A program made the position numbers and the translations under genes. 64,000 bases of DNA. It comes from Chara braunii (taxonomy: Eukaryota > Plantae > Charophyceae). The notes beneath the pieces are model-generated. The model ran no database searches. It was given only the letters and a program-made list of their open reading frames with translations, and was not told the DNA's origin. The DNA is taken from positions 4,359,068 to 4,423,067 of the forward strand of contig BFEA01000035.1 in assembly GCA_003427395.1 (NCBI GenBank). The letters run 5' to 3'. Of this stretch, positions 1-11,862 are shown one piece after another; positions within the stretch are counted from its first letter, which is position 1, and each line of letters begins with the position of its first letter.

Positions 1-404
1 ATGATGATATATAAAGCCCATGATCGCCGTTTAAAAAAAAATGTTTGCTGAATGAAAGAAGAAAAGAAGAAACGTGCATTACGTCGGGCCAGATCCCACT
101 AGGTAGCCCCTATTGTTCATTTCTGACCGTTGATCTTCGCAATCGAGGGTGAAAAATGAATAATCCAGGGTAGTGGGATCTCACCCTTAGTTTGTTGTTT
201 TTTTTTTGTGGTTTTTGGATTGGATGATGGGGCGCTGTGGGCGGCGGCGGCGGCTTTGCTAAGGTCTTCGTCGTCGACTGAGCTCTGGACGGGATTGGCG
301 GCGGATGCATCCAGGTCTTGCACACAAAGTACAGTCAGATACATTCACGAAAGTAATATACCGTGTGAGTACGCCCTGAGTGTGAGTGCGGCAGGGCGGG
401 TTAC

Positions 405-510
405 CTGTCCCCTCCTGCTCATGGGCGACGAGAGGAGATGGGAGCAGCGGCGGCGGCTCCACCCCGGCGGTGCCGCGCACACATCCATCGGAAGGCATCA
501 ATCGGAAACG
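405..510 (-). other. Candidate exon of a minus-strand gene running off the left edge
   Basis: Acceptor CTTCTCCTCCTTCAG, ATG at 498-496, donor CAG|GTAAC. Other minus-strand donors occur at 1443 (CAG|GTAAT) and 3242 (AAG|GTAAT) in a GC/CpG-rich region. Confidence 0.3.
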
Positions 511-872
511 CTGAAGGAGGAGAAGAAAGGGTGCGGCGACGGGGGTCGGAGCGCAAGAGAGGGGCAGGCGCTCGGATGGGCGGTCAGACGGGCGGGCCGT
601 CCGCCGGGCCGCGGGCCGCTCGTTGCAGAAGAAGAAGAAAGGCGCCAAGACAAGCGGAGTCCGCCGTAAGCCTTCGCCGCGCCAACCGGCTGAAATGAAA
701 TGAAATGGACCTTTCAAAACGAAAGGGGAAAAAACAAAAAAAACAGAAAAAAAACCTTTCGTAAAAAAAAGAAGAAGAAAACTTTCCGCCGCCGAGAACC
801 GGCGTCCGACCGTGATTCGACGAAAATGTGGCGGGAATCGTCAAGAACTGTTGGACGCACACCACACGCGCC

Positions 873-1190
873 TCACCCAAATCCCCGGGATTTGTTCGAA
901 AGCATCCGGCTCTTCGGCTGGCCACATACGTCCACGAAAAGTGGTGATTATTTGAGAAGCCGCTCGTAAAGCTCGGTCTCGATTTGCCACTGGGTAGGCT
1001 CACACACGAGAGAGTGGAACGAGCTCATGCATGCAGCCGGACTGTTCAATCAAATCGAACACACGCGACTCATCACCCAAAACCCCGGGGACTTGTTCGA
1101 ACGCATTTGGCTCTTCGGCTGGCCACATGCGTCCACGGAAGCGGTTATTTAATCATTATTTGAGTTGCCGCTCGTAAAGCTCGGAGTCGA
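873..1190. repeat. Two diverged ~110-120-bp direct repeats, ~200-bp period
   Basis: TCACCCAAA.CCCCGGG..TTGTTCGAA.GCAT..GGCTCTTCGGCTGGCCACAT...CCGCTCGTAAAGCTCGG at ~873 and ~1073. Confidence 0.8.
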
Positions 1191-3794
1191 TTTCCCGGGG
1201 CAAGGTCCCTCTTGCACGGATTAGGAGATTGCGGCCCTTGATCTTCGCTCTCGACGGTCATTATCGCATAACATAATCGTGCAAGTGGGACCTAGCCCCC
1301 GTTGGGTAGACTCAAGAGAGTGAAAAGAACTCATCAGTCAGAGACTGAGTTCGAGTAATAAGAAGTGACGACGGGCAGCGACTGTCGACCACGTGTGTCT
1401 GTGTGCGTTGTGTGGGTTTTCTACTGTGGGTATGGGTATTACCTGACAGGGAGAAGAATGACCGACCGTCACGGCTTGAAGTTCGTGTAGTAGTGTGGAA
1501 AACAGAGAGAGATGGCAGCCCGTGTGGCTGAATGGTTGGTACATGCATGTAACCGTTATAGCAAAGAGCGTACGGGCTCGACTCTCGTTGTCAAGCTGCT
1601 GGGAATCGGATGAGTATTATGGAAAAGAGTGTGAGTGTGGAAAAGAAAAACGGGAAAAAACAGAGTGGTACGTGAGGCAGGTGTGGGAAAGAAAAACGGG
1701 AAAAAACGGAGTGGTAGGTAGGGGAGGCGTAATGGCGGAGGTGCGGGGGGAGCACGTTGGCTCGGGCTCGTGCCGAGAGGGCCTCGGCGCATGGTCCGTT
1801 CCCAGCTTCGGGCCACTGTGACGCTTGGAGCAGGCAGGCGGGCGGGCGGGCGGGCGGGCGGGCGGGCGGGCGAGGTGGACGGGGACGAGCAGGTGCAGTC
1901 GCTGGCTGTACCGCGGGGTAGTGGGACTGCGCGTGATCGTTGGGTCGGTTCCCCCAGACGCACGATGTCCCATGATTGGTTCGGATAGGGTCCAGGTGAG
2001 CGCTGACGACTGTACTGTACTGTCCGCGCTGCGCCTTCTGGTTCAGTTGCCCGCCAGTTGGTTGGGGAAGAGGGCCACGGGAGGGGTCCTGTAGGTGCGC
2101 ACGGGCGTTGCGGGTAAGGCCAGGGTCCGAGACCACATGCGTGTTGGGAGTTCCTGTTCGAAGGAATGTGGACGCATTTGCGTCCAGATGACCTGAATGA
2201 CTGGGATTCGTGCGAACCTGCGAGGCGGGCGCCAGGCGGAACTTTTCTCTGGCACCGCGCCAGAACTGTCCCGGCCTCTGCCACTCTCTGCGTCGGTCAC
2301 GTCCAGCGGTGCGCACCTGAGGCGAGCGGTCTTCACCTGGCCTGCTGCTGGTCCGGGCCCATCCCGGCAGGTCGTGGGGAAGCCGGCCGCGGCACGCCTG
2401 CGCGCGGGCCGGCTGGCGGGCTCGATAGGGCGCGATATCGAATCCGAACCGCCAAAAAAAGAGGTGGTGGTGTGGAGGCGGCGGTGGCGGTACAGTGGAG
2501 TCCACGTCATTGGCCTTCTCCCCTCCCGCGCTCCCGCGCTCACACTCACCGGCGCTCGCCGTTCCCCGCTCGCCGGTCTTTTGGTTACTGGTAGCAGCGG
2601 GCGGATCCCACTATGGCTGGCCAGCCAGGGGCTGCAGCTACCGGTAGGGCTCACTACGGCGGGTAGGGGGCAATCGGTCGCTCGTGCTCGTGCTCGTGCG
2701 CGTGCGCCACCGACCACTCGTCCTCGGAGTCGTCGAGGGGTCGCTCTTGCTCGCCGGCCGCGACCGCAGACGCGCGCCCCGCCAGTTACAGTACAGCGCA
2801 GTGCCCGAGCCTGCCCCTGTGCGAGAACTGCTACCGGTAGCCCTGCCCGGCAGCAGCCCAGCCGCGCAAGGCCTTTTTCATGTCGCGTCGTTACCCCACA
2901 ATTCCCCCATCGGTCGGCCGTCACAGCGCCTCTCCCTTTCACCACAGAAGACTACTAACGCTTTTCGTTTTCGTGCCTTACTACTGCAAGTGGAATCTTC
3001 AGACACTCACAGAGGGACAGAACGACCGAGCACAAGTAAACAACAATCAAGCGAGCGCGCAGGTGAACGGCGCTCAGTGAGGGAGTGCGAGATAGGGCGA
3101 CGCAGAGAGAGAGAGAGAGCGAGAGAGAGAGGGAGGGAGGGAGAGAGAGAGGGTCGTGCTGCTCCCGTCTGTCACGAACTTCGTTCCGTAGTCGCTTCTG
3201 TGCCACGATGTGGCATTATGGCTTCTGCGCGCTTTAATTACCTTGCAAAAGAGGCGGACTAGAAAGAAGAGAGAGAGGAGGAAGAAGGGAGTCGGTAGGC
3301 GGTAGAACTGATGATGTACATGGCCATCTGAGCCTGGGAGAGAGCGCAAACATCTTGGTGTCCACTGGTTACGCGTTTGTACTCTACATTCGATTTACGT
3401 ACGGTGCGCTTTAATTGCGCAATGATTTACCCCCCCTAGTTCGAGGGGCTGGGCTTCCTCATCAATCAATCAATCGAGGTTTCAGGGAATATTTGTTGAC
3501 TACTCGTGTCTGCAAATATTTGTCGACTACTCGTGTCTATTCTGTCCGCGCTTTGATTGGAACGAGAACTGAGCTTGAAGACAAAACTTTGTTGATCTCT
3601 CCTTTTGATTCCAACTGCCAATCGGTCACCTCATCTTGTAGGCTCTGTGTCCGTGACACGTCACCCTTGGCGCGCTGTGACACCGAGAACTCGAAACTTG
3701 CCTTTCCCTTTCTTCCGCCTTTGATAAGGGACGCAGGACGAGTTTTGCATACGTAAGCTACTCGCGAACGGCTGCGCAATCCGGAATACCTCAC

Positions 3795-3797
<3 letters not shown>

Positions 3798-3857
<60 letters not shown>
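3798..3857. repeat. (GA)n microsatellite. Similar GA/CT/CA runs at 4113-4158, 6774-6826, 8131-8190, 10351-10421, 46883-46965, 54581-54630 and 57381-57477
   Basis: Direct inspection. Confidence 0.95.
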
Positions 3858-3861
<4 letters not shown>

Positions 3862-4112
3862 ATGAACGACGTGGGGAAAAACGCGAAGGAAAGAGGGTCA
3901 GCAACCGAAAAGGAGATGCGGAACGCCAAGTTGAAAAGTTGGATAAGCGTAGTGTACGTGAGAGAATCGAGCACATAGAGGAGCAGCGCGAGGATTGGAA
4001 GTGCCGATTGACGGCGATCTATGCGTGGTGGCTTCTGTGAGAGACTGGCGCCTAGAAAGCGAAAGAGAGAGAGAGCCACACGCACCTGCACCCGCACCTG
4101 CACCCGCGCCCG

Positions 4113-4144
<32 letters not shown>

Positions 4145-4931
4145 CACACACACACACAAACGACTGACGGTTGGTGGGCGCGATTCAATGAGTGATTGAT
4201 TGGTTGATTGGCGGCAGCGGGCAACTAAGCGGCTGTGGGGTAAAGACGGACGGCAAGGTGGAGAATCGAAGGGCAGTTCCTCTGCCCGAGAAGGCGCGTA
4301 AGTGCGGACCTTTGCCGTGGTTGGCCAGCTGCCAAGGATTGGGCAATTGGAATTGGCATTGGACCAGTACATCACTCGACAGCTCGAGGAGGCTGGGCTT
4401 GTGTAGTAGCCGGCGAAGAAGCAGATCCACCGCGACGGCGGGGACAAAGGTTGCCAAGGACAGGCCACCATCTCTCAAGGAGTAATCGCGAGGAGAGCGA
4501 GGGCGGGGTGGGGGATTACTACGTAGCAGCTATTCCAAGAATCTGGTATGGAGTCTGGTCGTGTTCGTCGTCGGGTTCGGCTCTTAGTCACGGGGTGGAA
4601 GCAGTGCCAAGCCCTCTTGTCGCTTGCGGTGCTTGCCCTCGCTAATGGGGTCACAGGTACGGATTCCCTTCTTGTTCAGATTGGAGTTCCTCCTCCCTTT
4701 CCTTACCTATCCTTAACCCCGCCCAACCCATCCTTAACCCCGTCCAAATCGCGCAACCCATGTCGCAAACGCGCTTGACAGTATAAAAACCTTCACATGA
4801 TGGCTGATGGGCATGTGACCGGTGACAGAGAGGCATGCGGCGAATCTACAATGGCCACCGACACGCATACACGAGCACTCCCACCAATACACTCGCACAC
4901 GCACACACCCCACTCGGACACGCACACACCC

Positions 4932-4963
<32 letters not shown>

Positions 4964-5324
4964 NNNNNNNNNNNNNNNNNNNNNNNNNNNNNNNNNNNNN
5001 NNNNNNNNNNNNNNNNNNNNNNNNNNNNNNNNNNNNNNNNNNNNNNNNNNNNNNNNNNNNNNNNNNNNNNNNNNNNNNNNNNNNNNNNNNNCCCCCCCTC
5101 CACTTCCGCTCCTACCCGTTTGTCAAATCAAATGTAAGTCTCTCGCTACCGCGTCCTCTGATTGAGATGGTTCTTTTTTCGTTCATCAGCTTGCCTAATT
5201 AAGTGGTTGTGTTCCGCTGTTCTTGACCTAAGGTGCGCCCAAGATGGAAAACTGATGACCTGGCCGAAATGGCTGTCCTTACTGTTTGTTGGCTCAACCA
5301 GCGAAGCTGTTTTTATTTGAGTGA

Positions 5325-5437
5325 GGACGTACTGACACTAGCTCCATCTTAGTGACGCCTTTTACGGCCGGAACTGGATGTGTCTCACCGCAACTGCGTC
5401 CGTATTTGAGTCAAAAAGTCGTAGTGTGAGTATATCC
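5325..5437. mobile_element. Degenerate member of the 126-bp Tourist-like family
   Basis: TGA-GGACGTACTGAC...GTGAGTATATCC-TGA. Further partial copies at ~275-376, ~5960-6066, ~9665-9785, ~12120-12200 and ~39139-39255. Confidence 0.6.
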
Positions 5438-6773
5438 TGATTGTTTTCTCCTCCCGCGGCGGATCTTGCTATTTTAGTAATTCCGACAATACTCTACATC
5501 CTCTGTTCTTGGCTTCTTCTTCATGTTGTCCTTCTTCGATTTCATACCATGGGCGTCCGTCCGAACGGTGGTTATTATCCTAGTTTTTTTTTTTTTTTTT
5601 TTTTTTGAACTTAGTATTACTATGTTATGATGATGACTACATTAGCTGCTATCTTCTCGTCTTTCTTACTAGTATTATTCTGTTATTATTATTTTATTCA
5701 CTCGCCTGAACCGCGTTAACGAGGTGGAATGGGTTTACAGAATTTACTGTAGTAATAATATCTTTAATCGAGGGGATTATGAAAACGCCCCGAGGTAATT
5801 TATAAAACCGCGTTTAATGAGGGGATATGGTTTTATCAGGTATGACTAAAACCGAGGTAATGATTATAATTACTAATTATACTAACTATAATAATATAAT
5901 TATTACTGGGCTCATCGTAACGCCACGCGATTGGCGGGCTTGTCTGAAGGCATATTCACATTAGGACTTCCATATTGCATGTGGACGTAATCGCGGTCAG
6001 GTGCATGTATCGGTGGCAGCAGAAGAGTCCAGATACATCGAGGAAAGTCCTGGTACGAGTATGTCCTGAAGCGCGATAATTGCATCGGGAAGTTTGTCAA
6101 CTTTTTTTGGTGATTGGGCAGCCAAGATGCAAAATCCCGACACGGCACGTGGCAGGATGTGGACGAGAAAAAGGCTATGTTCATTGTCCTTCGATTTCGT
6201 AGGTGTTTTTGCAGGTAGCAGAAACGGCGCATATTCTTACGAGGGAACGTATCGTTAACAAATGCACCTGGCCGTACTTTCCCAACCCGTGCGGGCAAAA
6301 TGACTGCATCTGACCGGATTTCCTCTCTGATAGGGGCGAAGATGAATGCATCTCTCTGACCGCCTTTGCCGTCCCATCCCATGCGGACAAAAAAAAAAAG
6401 CATCCGAGCGCATTTCCCGTCCCATTCGGGGAAAAATGAAATGCATCTGGCCGCATTTCCTGTCCCATGCGGGCGAAAGAGATTTTGGTGCTGTTGCTGA
6501 TGCGATCTTGAGCCAAACCGAATGAGCTTTTACCATCCATTTGGTCGGGAAATGTGGGCAGATGCATTATTTCTGCCATCTTCAGCGTGATTGCCAAGCC
6601 ATCTCCTTTTTGAGAAGCGCAGATAATCCTCATGCCTATTGTTCCCCCCATCATGTTGGAGTGATGGTAGTCGACTGAATATGAATGACGGTAGCCTAGT
6701 ACTGATTCTCTTTCCCTCTTCCCCCGGCGACGATTTTTCCCTTTTAGTTTCCTTCTCGGGATTTCCCTCTGCA

Positions 6774-6805
<32 letters not shown>

Positions 6806-7229
6806 TCTCTCTCTCCGTCTCTCTCCCTACCCGTCCCGCAAAACACGTAACGGTTAAAGGCAACTGCTAGAGACCCCCCGCACCGTAGTCATTGCTGTTT
6901 TCGGATAACGGCGGCGACTTCGGGAACGCGGGATGTCCCGGGGTTTTGGCTGACTGTGCGACGGGTGCGTAGGGAGTGTGCGGCGGTGTTCACGACTGTC
7001 CGGCGATGTCGACGGCCTTTCCACCTCTGTCACCTTACACTACCGGCCAATGTTGGCTGACTGTGCGAGGGTGCGCGGGGAGTGTGCGGCGGTGTTGACG
7101 ACCCTTCACATCCTTTTTGGGAGGTGGAGAGTCCGATGGCGACGGTCGCCATCGCCGCCTGCTTCGCTGACCTTTTCCCACTTCTTTTTTCTGTTTTTTT
7201 TGGCACCCGTGGTCGGTCCGGTGCAGGCC

Positions 7230-7510
7230 TGCACGGCAAGGGGAATAGCTTTTTTTGATAGTGTACTTGATTACTGGATAATCGATTATATAGGATTAAA
7301 TTAAGATCAGGATAATAGACTACCAATAGGATAATTCCTTGACCAGGCGCTGGGTGCAAGGCAAGGGGAAACGGTTTTTTTTTTAGTATATAGTTTATTA
7401 GGATAATAATAGATTAGGATCATTAGATCAAGATAATCGATTAGGATAAGAGGTTAGGATAAAAGATTAGTAGGATAAAATATTAGAAGGATAAAAAATT
7501 AGGATAATTG
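7230..7510. repeat. Low-complexity (TAGGATAA)n-like satellite, two blocks each led by GCAAGGGGAA
   Basis: Direct inspection. Confidence 0.7.
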
Positions 7511-8121
7511 CTTAACCAGGTGATGGCGTCTTGGCGATGCTGCGAGGCCGGTTCAACCAAGGATAGGAAAGGAGATTTGGGGGGGGTGGGGGGGGTGATC
7601 CGGGGGATCGCTTTAAGTAACCGCAATTAAGAAATTCTTCACAGTGAATGACCGACTTATGTTCTTGCCAAGAAACATGGGAGGAGGATGGGACGCTTTT
7701 CTGTTTCTTCTTCACCCCCCCCCCCCCCCCCCCCCTCGCTCTTTGTATGGAGGAGGAAGATGGGACAACGGAACTAGGGTGTAGTAAGCTCCACTTACGC
7801 TGTGCTTTTTACCGCCTGGACCCAGTCAGTCTCGCCAGCACTCTCTGGTCGATATCATCGGCCAAATCAACAAGATTAGGGGCTACGGTGGCAGCTAACA
7901 ACCGAATCACGAAAAAACATCCATCTCTCTGTCCTCTCTTTCTCTCTCTGTGTTCTCCCCCCTCTCTCTCTTTCTACTCTCCCCCCTCTGCTATCCGCGT
8001 TTCTCCAGCTTCTTCGGGAAAGCTGTGAATTAGCACGCGGGTAGTACACGTTGTCGTTGCGTGCGTTCTTTTGTGCGTGTGTGCTCGTGTGCGTGTGACA
8101 AGAGGGAGGGGCACACACACG

Positions 8122-8191
<70 letters not shown>

Positions 8192-9309
8192 ATTGATTCT
8201 GAACTTGAGCTGGCTCTATCATTGTCTCTCAGTGCCGTATCTTTTAAGTTCGCGAACCTGGCGTTCAATTTACGAGTTGGCTATTATTAGTAAGTATGGA
8301 GACACATGGAGACACATATGAATAAAGGTGTGATTAGCTTGCCGTAGGTTCGCGGTGATAACGACGAGGCCGCGGAGAGTCGTCCTTTGGAGAAAACGAA
8401 CCCTTTAAAAAAGAGTTGGCAAGAATGGAAAACCATGGATACTTTCTAGTCCAGCGTGGCGATTAATTTTTATTGTATAGATAAATTACGTGTTTTGATG
8501 ATTTCATTAGAAGAAGAAAATTAATAACATGGCTCAGGCTAAGAAAAGCACGTGCGCTAAGGAATTTTCGGAATTCCCCAAAAAAAGAAATAAATGAATG
8601 CTTCGGTTATGGTTTGTTTCTGGCTTACTTGTTTTCCGCCTTCCTTTTGGTTTTGCCCAGGCGTTGGTTGAAAAACCATGCGTGGCCTTTTGTTTTGCGT
8701 TGTTGTTTGTTCTTGGCTCTGCCAAGTCTTAAAAAAAAAACCACGTACGAACCCTGGGCAAAGGTCCCAGTCAGTGACGATTTCATTTCCGGGTCGTTTG
8801 TGAGGAATTCCCGGCCTCATGGTTTTTTTTTTTTTTTTTTGGCTCATGTTTTTTCATTATAAGGGATTCCTTGCTGTTTCGCCCCCCCCCCAAAAAAAAG
8901 AAAAAAAAAAAGAAAAAAAAAAGAGGCAGGTGCGCTAAGATGAAAGGGGTTGGGTCCGAAGCTGGACATAACGCTGGAGCAGGCAGTAGCCCTTGGTCTC
9001 TGAGGGCTCTGCTTCTTTTCTACACCGGTAATGCACGGCCGTCTTCACCGGAATAGAACGCCCGGTCAGTGTCCCTGTATCTGGACGGAGAGGTGGACCA
9101 AATACGAACTATAATGACCGGGCGTTCTATTCGGGCGAACAAGGTGGTTACGATGAAACACGACTCTTCTCTTTTAAGAATACTCTTTTTTAATTTATTT
9201 TAAGATACTAAAGCAAGAAAGGCGAATTGCAATGGGCGGTCGTAACGTCGACGTGCATGGCCAAATTTTATCCTCCTCCCTTCGAAATTCTCTGCGCCTA
9301 TATAGCTGT

Positions 9310-9620
9310 CAGTCTGCCTCTCCTCTCCCTTTCTCTTTGTCTTTTGTCTCTTTCTCTTTGTCTTCTGTCTCTTTCTCTTTGTCTTCTGTCTCTTTCTCTT
9401 TGTCTTCTTTTCTCTTTCTCTTTGTCTTCTGTCTCTTTCTACTTGTCTTCTGTCTCTTTCTCTTTCTCTTTGTCTTCTGTCTTTTTGTCTTTGTCTTCTG
9501 TCTCTTTGTCTTTGTCTTTGTCTTCTGTCTCTTTGTCTTTGTCTTCTGTCTCTTGCTCTTTGTCTTCTGTCTCTTGCTCTTTGTCTTCTGTCTCTTGCTC
9601 TTTGTCTTCTATCTGTTCTT
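9310..9620. repeat. Pyrimidine-rich minisatellite (TCTTTGTCTTCTGTC-based, ~21-bp period)
   Basis: Direct inspection. Confidence 0.9.
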
Positions 9621-9883
9621 CAGACGTCTTCTCATTTTAGTTCGCATGTGCACAGCTGTTTGATCGCTCACACTCGCGCTTTCCTGAATGCATCGGACCG
9701 CAATCACGGCCCGACGTAGGTGCATCTGACCGCTATCACGTCCAGAGCTCAGTCGAGAAAGAAGTCCTAGCCTGAGTATGCTCTCACTCCATCCAATTGC
9801 CGAGTAGTTCCGTTCCTTTTCCCAGGGAGAAGGAAGACGCTGAGGATGTGCCTTTGAGAGGCTCAGCATGATGCTCCGCTGGA

Positions 9884-10031
9884 CCGTCTTCCCCTGAATA
9901 GAACGTACGGTCCTTTGTTTTTTGTTTTTTTTTTTCCTTCCGTACGGTCATTATTGGTACACCGAAACTAACTGCAAGTTGACTGTCGAATACAGTGATA
10001 GCGACCGTACGTTCTATTCCTTGGAAGACGG
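9884..10031. mobile_element. 148-bp MITE with long TIRs
   Basis: CCGTCTTCCCCTGAATAGAACGTACGGTC ... GACCGTACGTTCTATTCCTTGGAAGACGG, with TGGA on both sides (9880-83, 10032-35). A related copy lies at ~9039-9145. Confidence 0.7.
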
Positions 10032-10348
10032 TGGACCTTGTTCAATCCCACGATCGCCATGAGGTGAAGAAGTTTACCTGTGCGTGTGGTTCTGTCTCAT
10101 TCTTTTCCCCGACAAACTCCTTAAGTATTGTCGAGCCTGTATACATTCGTAATGATAGGGAATTGTGTTCGGGGAAATAAGATACGGCCCTGTCACCATC
10201 TTGTTTATTCATGTTTCTGTTTTGCAGCTCAGTTCATCCACGACCGTCTGTTTACTTTTTCGCGTCTGTCATTGCTTTCCAACCCATGCAAGCACATTTA
10301 CCTGCTATCAATGTGTACCTGCTGGTCCATCTCAATCTTTTCCTTGTG

Positions 10349-10422
<74 letters not shown>

Positions 10423-10502
10423 ATCTTTCCATTAAATTTTAGTATGTCAGTCTTTCATGCTGGTCCATCTCAGTCTTTTCCTTGTGCTCTGTGTGTGTGT
10501 GT

Positions 10503-11187
10503 NNNNNNNNNNNNNNNNNNNNNNNNNNNNNNNNNNNNNNNNNNNNNNNNNNNNNNNNNNNNNNNNNNNNNNNNNNNNNNNNNNNNNNNNNNNNNNNNNN
10601 NNNNNNNNNNNNNNNNNNNNNNNNNNNNNNNNNNNNNNNNNNNNNNNNNNNNNNNNNNNNNNNNNNNNNNNNNNNNNNNNNNNNNNNNNNNNNNNNNNNN
10701 NNNNNNNNNNNNNNNNNNNNNNNNNNNNNNNNNNNNNNNNNNNNNNNNNNNNNNNNNNNNNNNNNNNNNNNNNNNNNNNNNNNNNNNNNNNNNNNNNNNN
10801 NNNNNNNNNNNNNNNNNNNNNNNNNNNNNNNNNNNNNNNNNNNNNNNNNNNNNNNNNNNNNNNNNNNNNNNNNNNNNNNNNNNNNNNNNNNNNNNNNNNN
10901 NNNNNNNNNNNNNNNNNNNNNNNNNNNNNNNNNNNNNNNNNNNNNNNNNNNNNNNNNNNNNNNNNNNNNNNNNNNNNNNNNNNNNNNNNNNNNNNNNNNN
11001 NNNNNNNNNNNNNNNNNNNNNNNNNNNNNNNNNNNNNNNNNNNNNNNNNNNNNNNNNNNNNNNNNNNNNNNNNNNNNNNNNNNNNNNNNNNNNNNNNNNN
11101 NNNNNNNNNNNNNNNNNNNNNNNNNNNNNNNNNNNNNNNNNNNNNNNNNNNNNNNNNNNNNNNNNNNNNNNNNNNNNNNNNNNNNNN
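10503..11187. other. Assembly gap (other gaps: 4964-5091, 53931-54076, 55502-55703)
   Basis: N runs, mostly flanked by microsatellites or repeats. Confidence 1.
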
Positions 11188-11736
11188 TGTAATTTCGCCA
11201 GTAGACAACCCTTGGCCAAGGGCAAGCAAAGAGCAAAGAACGTGTGCTTGGAGTTGTCCTGCTTTTTTTTTTTTTTTGGGGGGGGGGGGGGGGCTCAAGT
11301 TCGTCCTCTCAGCTGCTGAAGGGTAATGGGGGTTCGTCTAGTCTAGTCGTGGCTTCTTATCTTATCTTATCCGCTTGTTGCCAAGTGCAAAACTTGGGGG
11401 AAAGGTCCGCACAAGTTTTCCTTTTTCGTTTGGAAAGCAGCGCTTACATGGAAGGCATGATTTCCAGTAGAGCATCACTTCAACGGGCGGAGTAAGAAAT
11501 ATCTGGTGTTTTTTTTTTTTTTTTTTTCTCGACGTATCCATGTAAGAGAACGTTTGTATCGAGAAACCCACAGTAAAACGTTTGGCACGATACGGAAGGT
11601 CCAAAAGAACGACCTCGTTGAAAAAAAAATAAAAAAAATTATTAAAAATATTTTTTCAGAAAAAGAGAGAACCCTCAACGGTAGGGAGGAAATATGCGAG
11701 TCTCTATGATTATTACTGCATTATTTTAGTGATTGA

Positions 11737-11862
11737 GGGCGTACTCACAGTAGGACCTTTTTACTTCAATTTTTGGACGTGATTGGGATCATCAGATGCA
11801 TCCAGGTCTGGCTGTAATTGCAGTCAGATGCATCTTGGAAAGTCACAATTGTGAGTATGCCC
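11737..11862. mobile_element. 126-bp Tourist-like MITE
   Basis: TIR GGGCGTACTCAC / GTGAGTATGCCC flanked by TGA on both sides; internal doubled (C/G)AGTCAGATGCATC motif. Confidence 0.8.

Noticed and set aside
1556-2958. Several 240-300-aa overlapping ORFs
   Set aside because: A by-product of high GC and (GGGC)n/(GCTCGT)n repeats; no recognisable domain.
9227-9663. Ser/Leu/Phe-rich ORFs
   Set aside because: Translations of a pyrimidine minisatellite.
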